Origin: an uncultured Gammaproteobacteria bacterium
GTDB taxonomy: Bacteria > Pseudomonadota > Gammaproteobacteria > UBA9214
Direction of reading: 5' to 3'
Length of the DNA stretch: 64,000 nucleotides
NCBI GenBank assembly: GCA_963773065.1
Contig: CAVYZN010000032.1
Span: forward strand, 96,001-160,000
Part shown: one piece after another, positions 63,332 through 64,000 of the stretch
Layout of the letters: every line of letters begins with the position of its first letter
Numbering within the stretch: position 1 is the stretch's first letter
Made by a program: the position numbers and the translations under genes
The notes under the pieces: model-generated
The model's input: the letters and a program-made list of their open reading frames with translations, nothing else
What the model was told of the DNA's origin: nothing
Databases searched by the model: none

Positions 63332-64000
63332 CTATCTCTTCCATTTCAGACTCGTGGTGAGATCGCGATCCAGTGAGCGATAGCCGAGTGCCTCACTGAT
63401 ATGGACGGTCTCGATGCCGGAGCAATCCGCCAGGTCGGCAATGGTGCGCGCCACCTTCAGTATCCGGTGATAGGCGCGCGCCGACAGCTTCAGCCGTTCC
63501 ATGGCCTGCTGCAGCAGGCGGCGGTCGCTATGTTGCAAGGCACAGTGGGCGTCGATTTCCTGATGATCCAGCCGGCTGTTCAGTGAGCCGGCGCGGGCGT
63601 ACTGATACTCGCGCGCCCGCATCACCCGCGCACGCACCCGCTGGCTGGGCTCCCCCCGCGGTCCGTCGAGTTCACCGAAGGGGAGGCGGGGGACCTCGAT
63701 ATGCAGGTCGATGCGATCCAGCAGCGGACCCGAGAGGCGGCCTCGATAGCGCTGGATCTGTTCCGAGGTGCATCGGCAGCGTCCCGATGCGTCACCCAGG
63801 TAGCCGCAGGGGCAGGGATTCATGGCCGCGACAAGCTGGAATTGCGCCGGGTATTCCGCTTGCCGCGCCGCGCGTGAAATCATGATGCGGCCGGACTCGA
63901 GCGGTTCGCGCAGCACCTCCAGCACCCGGCGGTCGAACTCGGGCAGTTCGTCGAGAAACAGCACGCCGTGATGGGCGAGGGAGATTTCCCCGGGGCGCGG
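63332..64000 (-). CDS. comM: YifB/ComM Mg-chelatase-like AAA+ ATPase, 5' part outside window
   Basis: LFLDELPEF, AAMNPCPCG, SGPLLDRIDL, SARAYHRILKVARTIADL. Confidence 0.95.
   Translation of the reverse strand, partial: PRPGEISLAHHGVLFLDELPEFDRRVLEVLREPLESGRIMISRAARQAEYPAQFQLVAAMNPCPCGYLGDASGRCRCTSEQIQRYRGRLSGPLLDRIDLHIEVPRLPFGELDGPRGEPSQRVRARVMRAREYQYARAGSLNSRLDHQEIDAHCALQHSDRRLLQQAMERLKLSARAYHRILKVARTIADLADCSGIETVHISEALGYRSLDRDLTTSLKWKR

Noticed and set aside
63332-64000. comM disrupted by an integrated element
   Set aside because: The visible 3' part is continuous to a normal-looking C-terminus and no integrase is adjacent; the 5' part is outside the window.

Overview
High-GC, probably gammaproteobacterial chromosome segment. 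Many single-base frameshifts occur in otherwise intact genes and look like long-read or assembly errors. The left 20 kb is a nitrogen-scavenging block: assimilatory nitrate/nitrite reductases (nasA partial, nirD, nirB), a divergent nitrate ABC transporter, a sulfide:quinone oxidoreductase, and a complete guanidine carboxylase operon with a sigma-54 promoter and both guanidine-I and guanidine-II riboswitches. Next come a hybrid PAS kinase, hemP with a two-domain multicopper oxidase, kdpFABCDE, an Nramp-like transporter, livKHMGF, a degenerate type I R-M locus with a Fic gene, a PBP and LysM transglycosylase, a coiled-coil FKBP, a Rap1a-like protein and the 3' end of comM. The most unusual structures are three. 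(1) Two islands are built as [host-gene segment] - ISCR/IS91 remnant - oriIS - cargo - [direct copy of the same host segment], the geometry of ISCR1 complex integrons, here carrying defence-like cargo; a third, orphan oriIS is also present. (2) The ISCR transposase remnants contain many 17-52 bp, mostly palindromic insertions, some at identical codons in two diverged copies and one splitting the HUH motif. (3) Several families of nested palindromic elements sit inside operons. No tRNA, rRNA or CRISPR array was seen.
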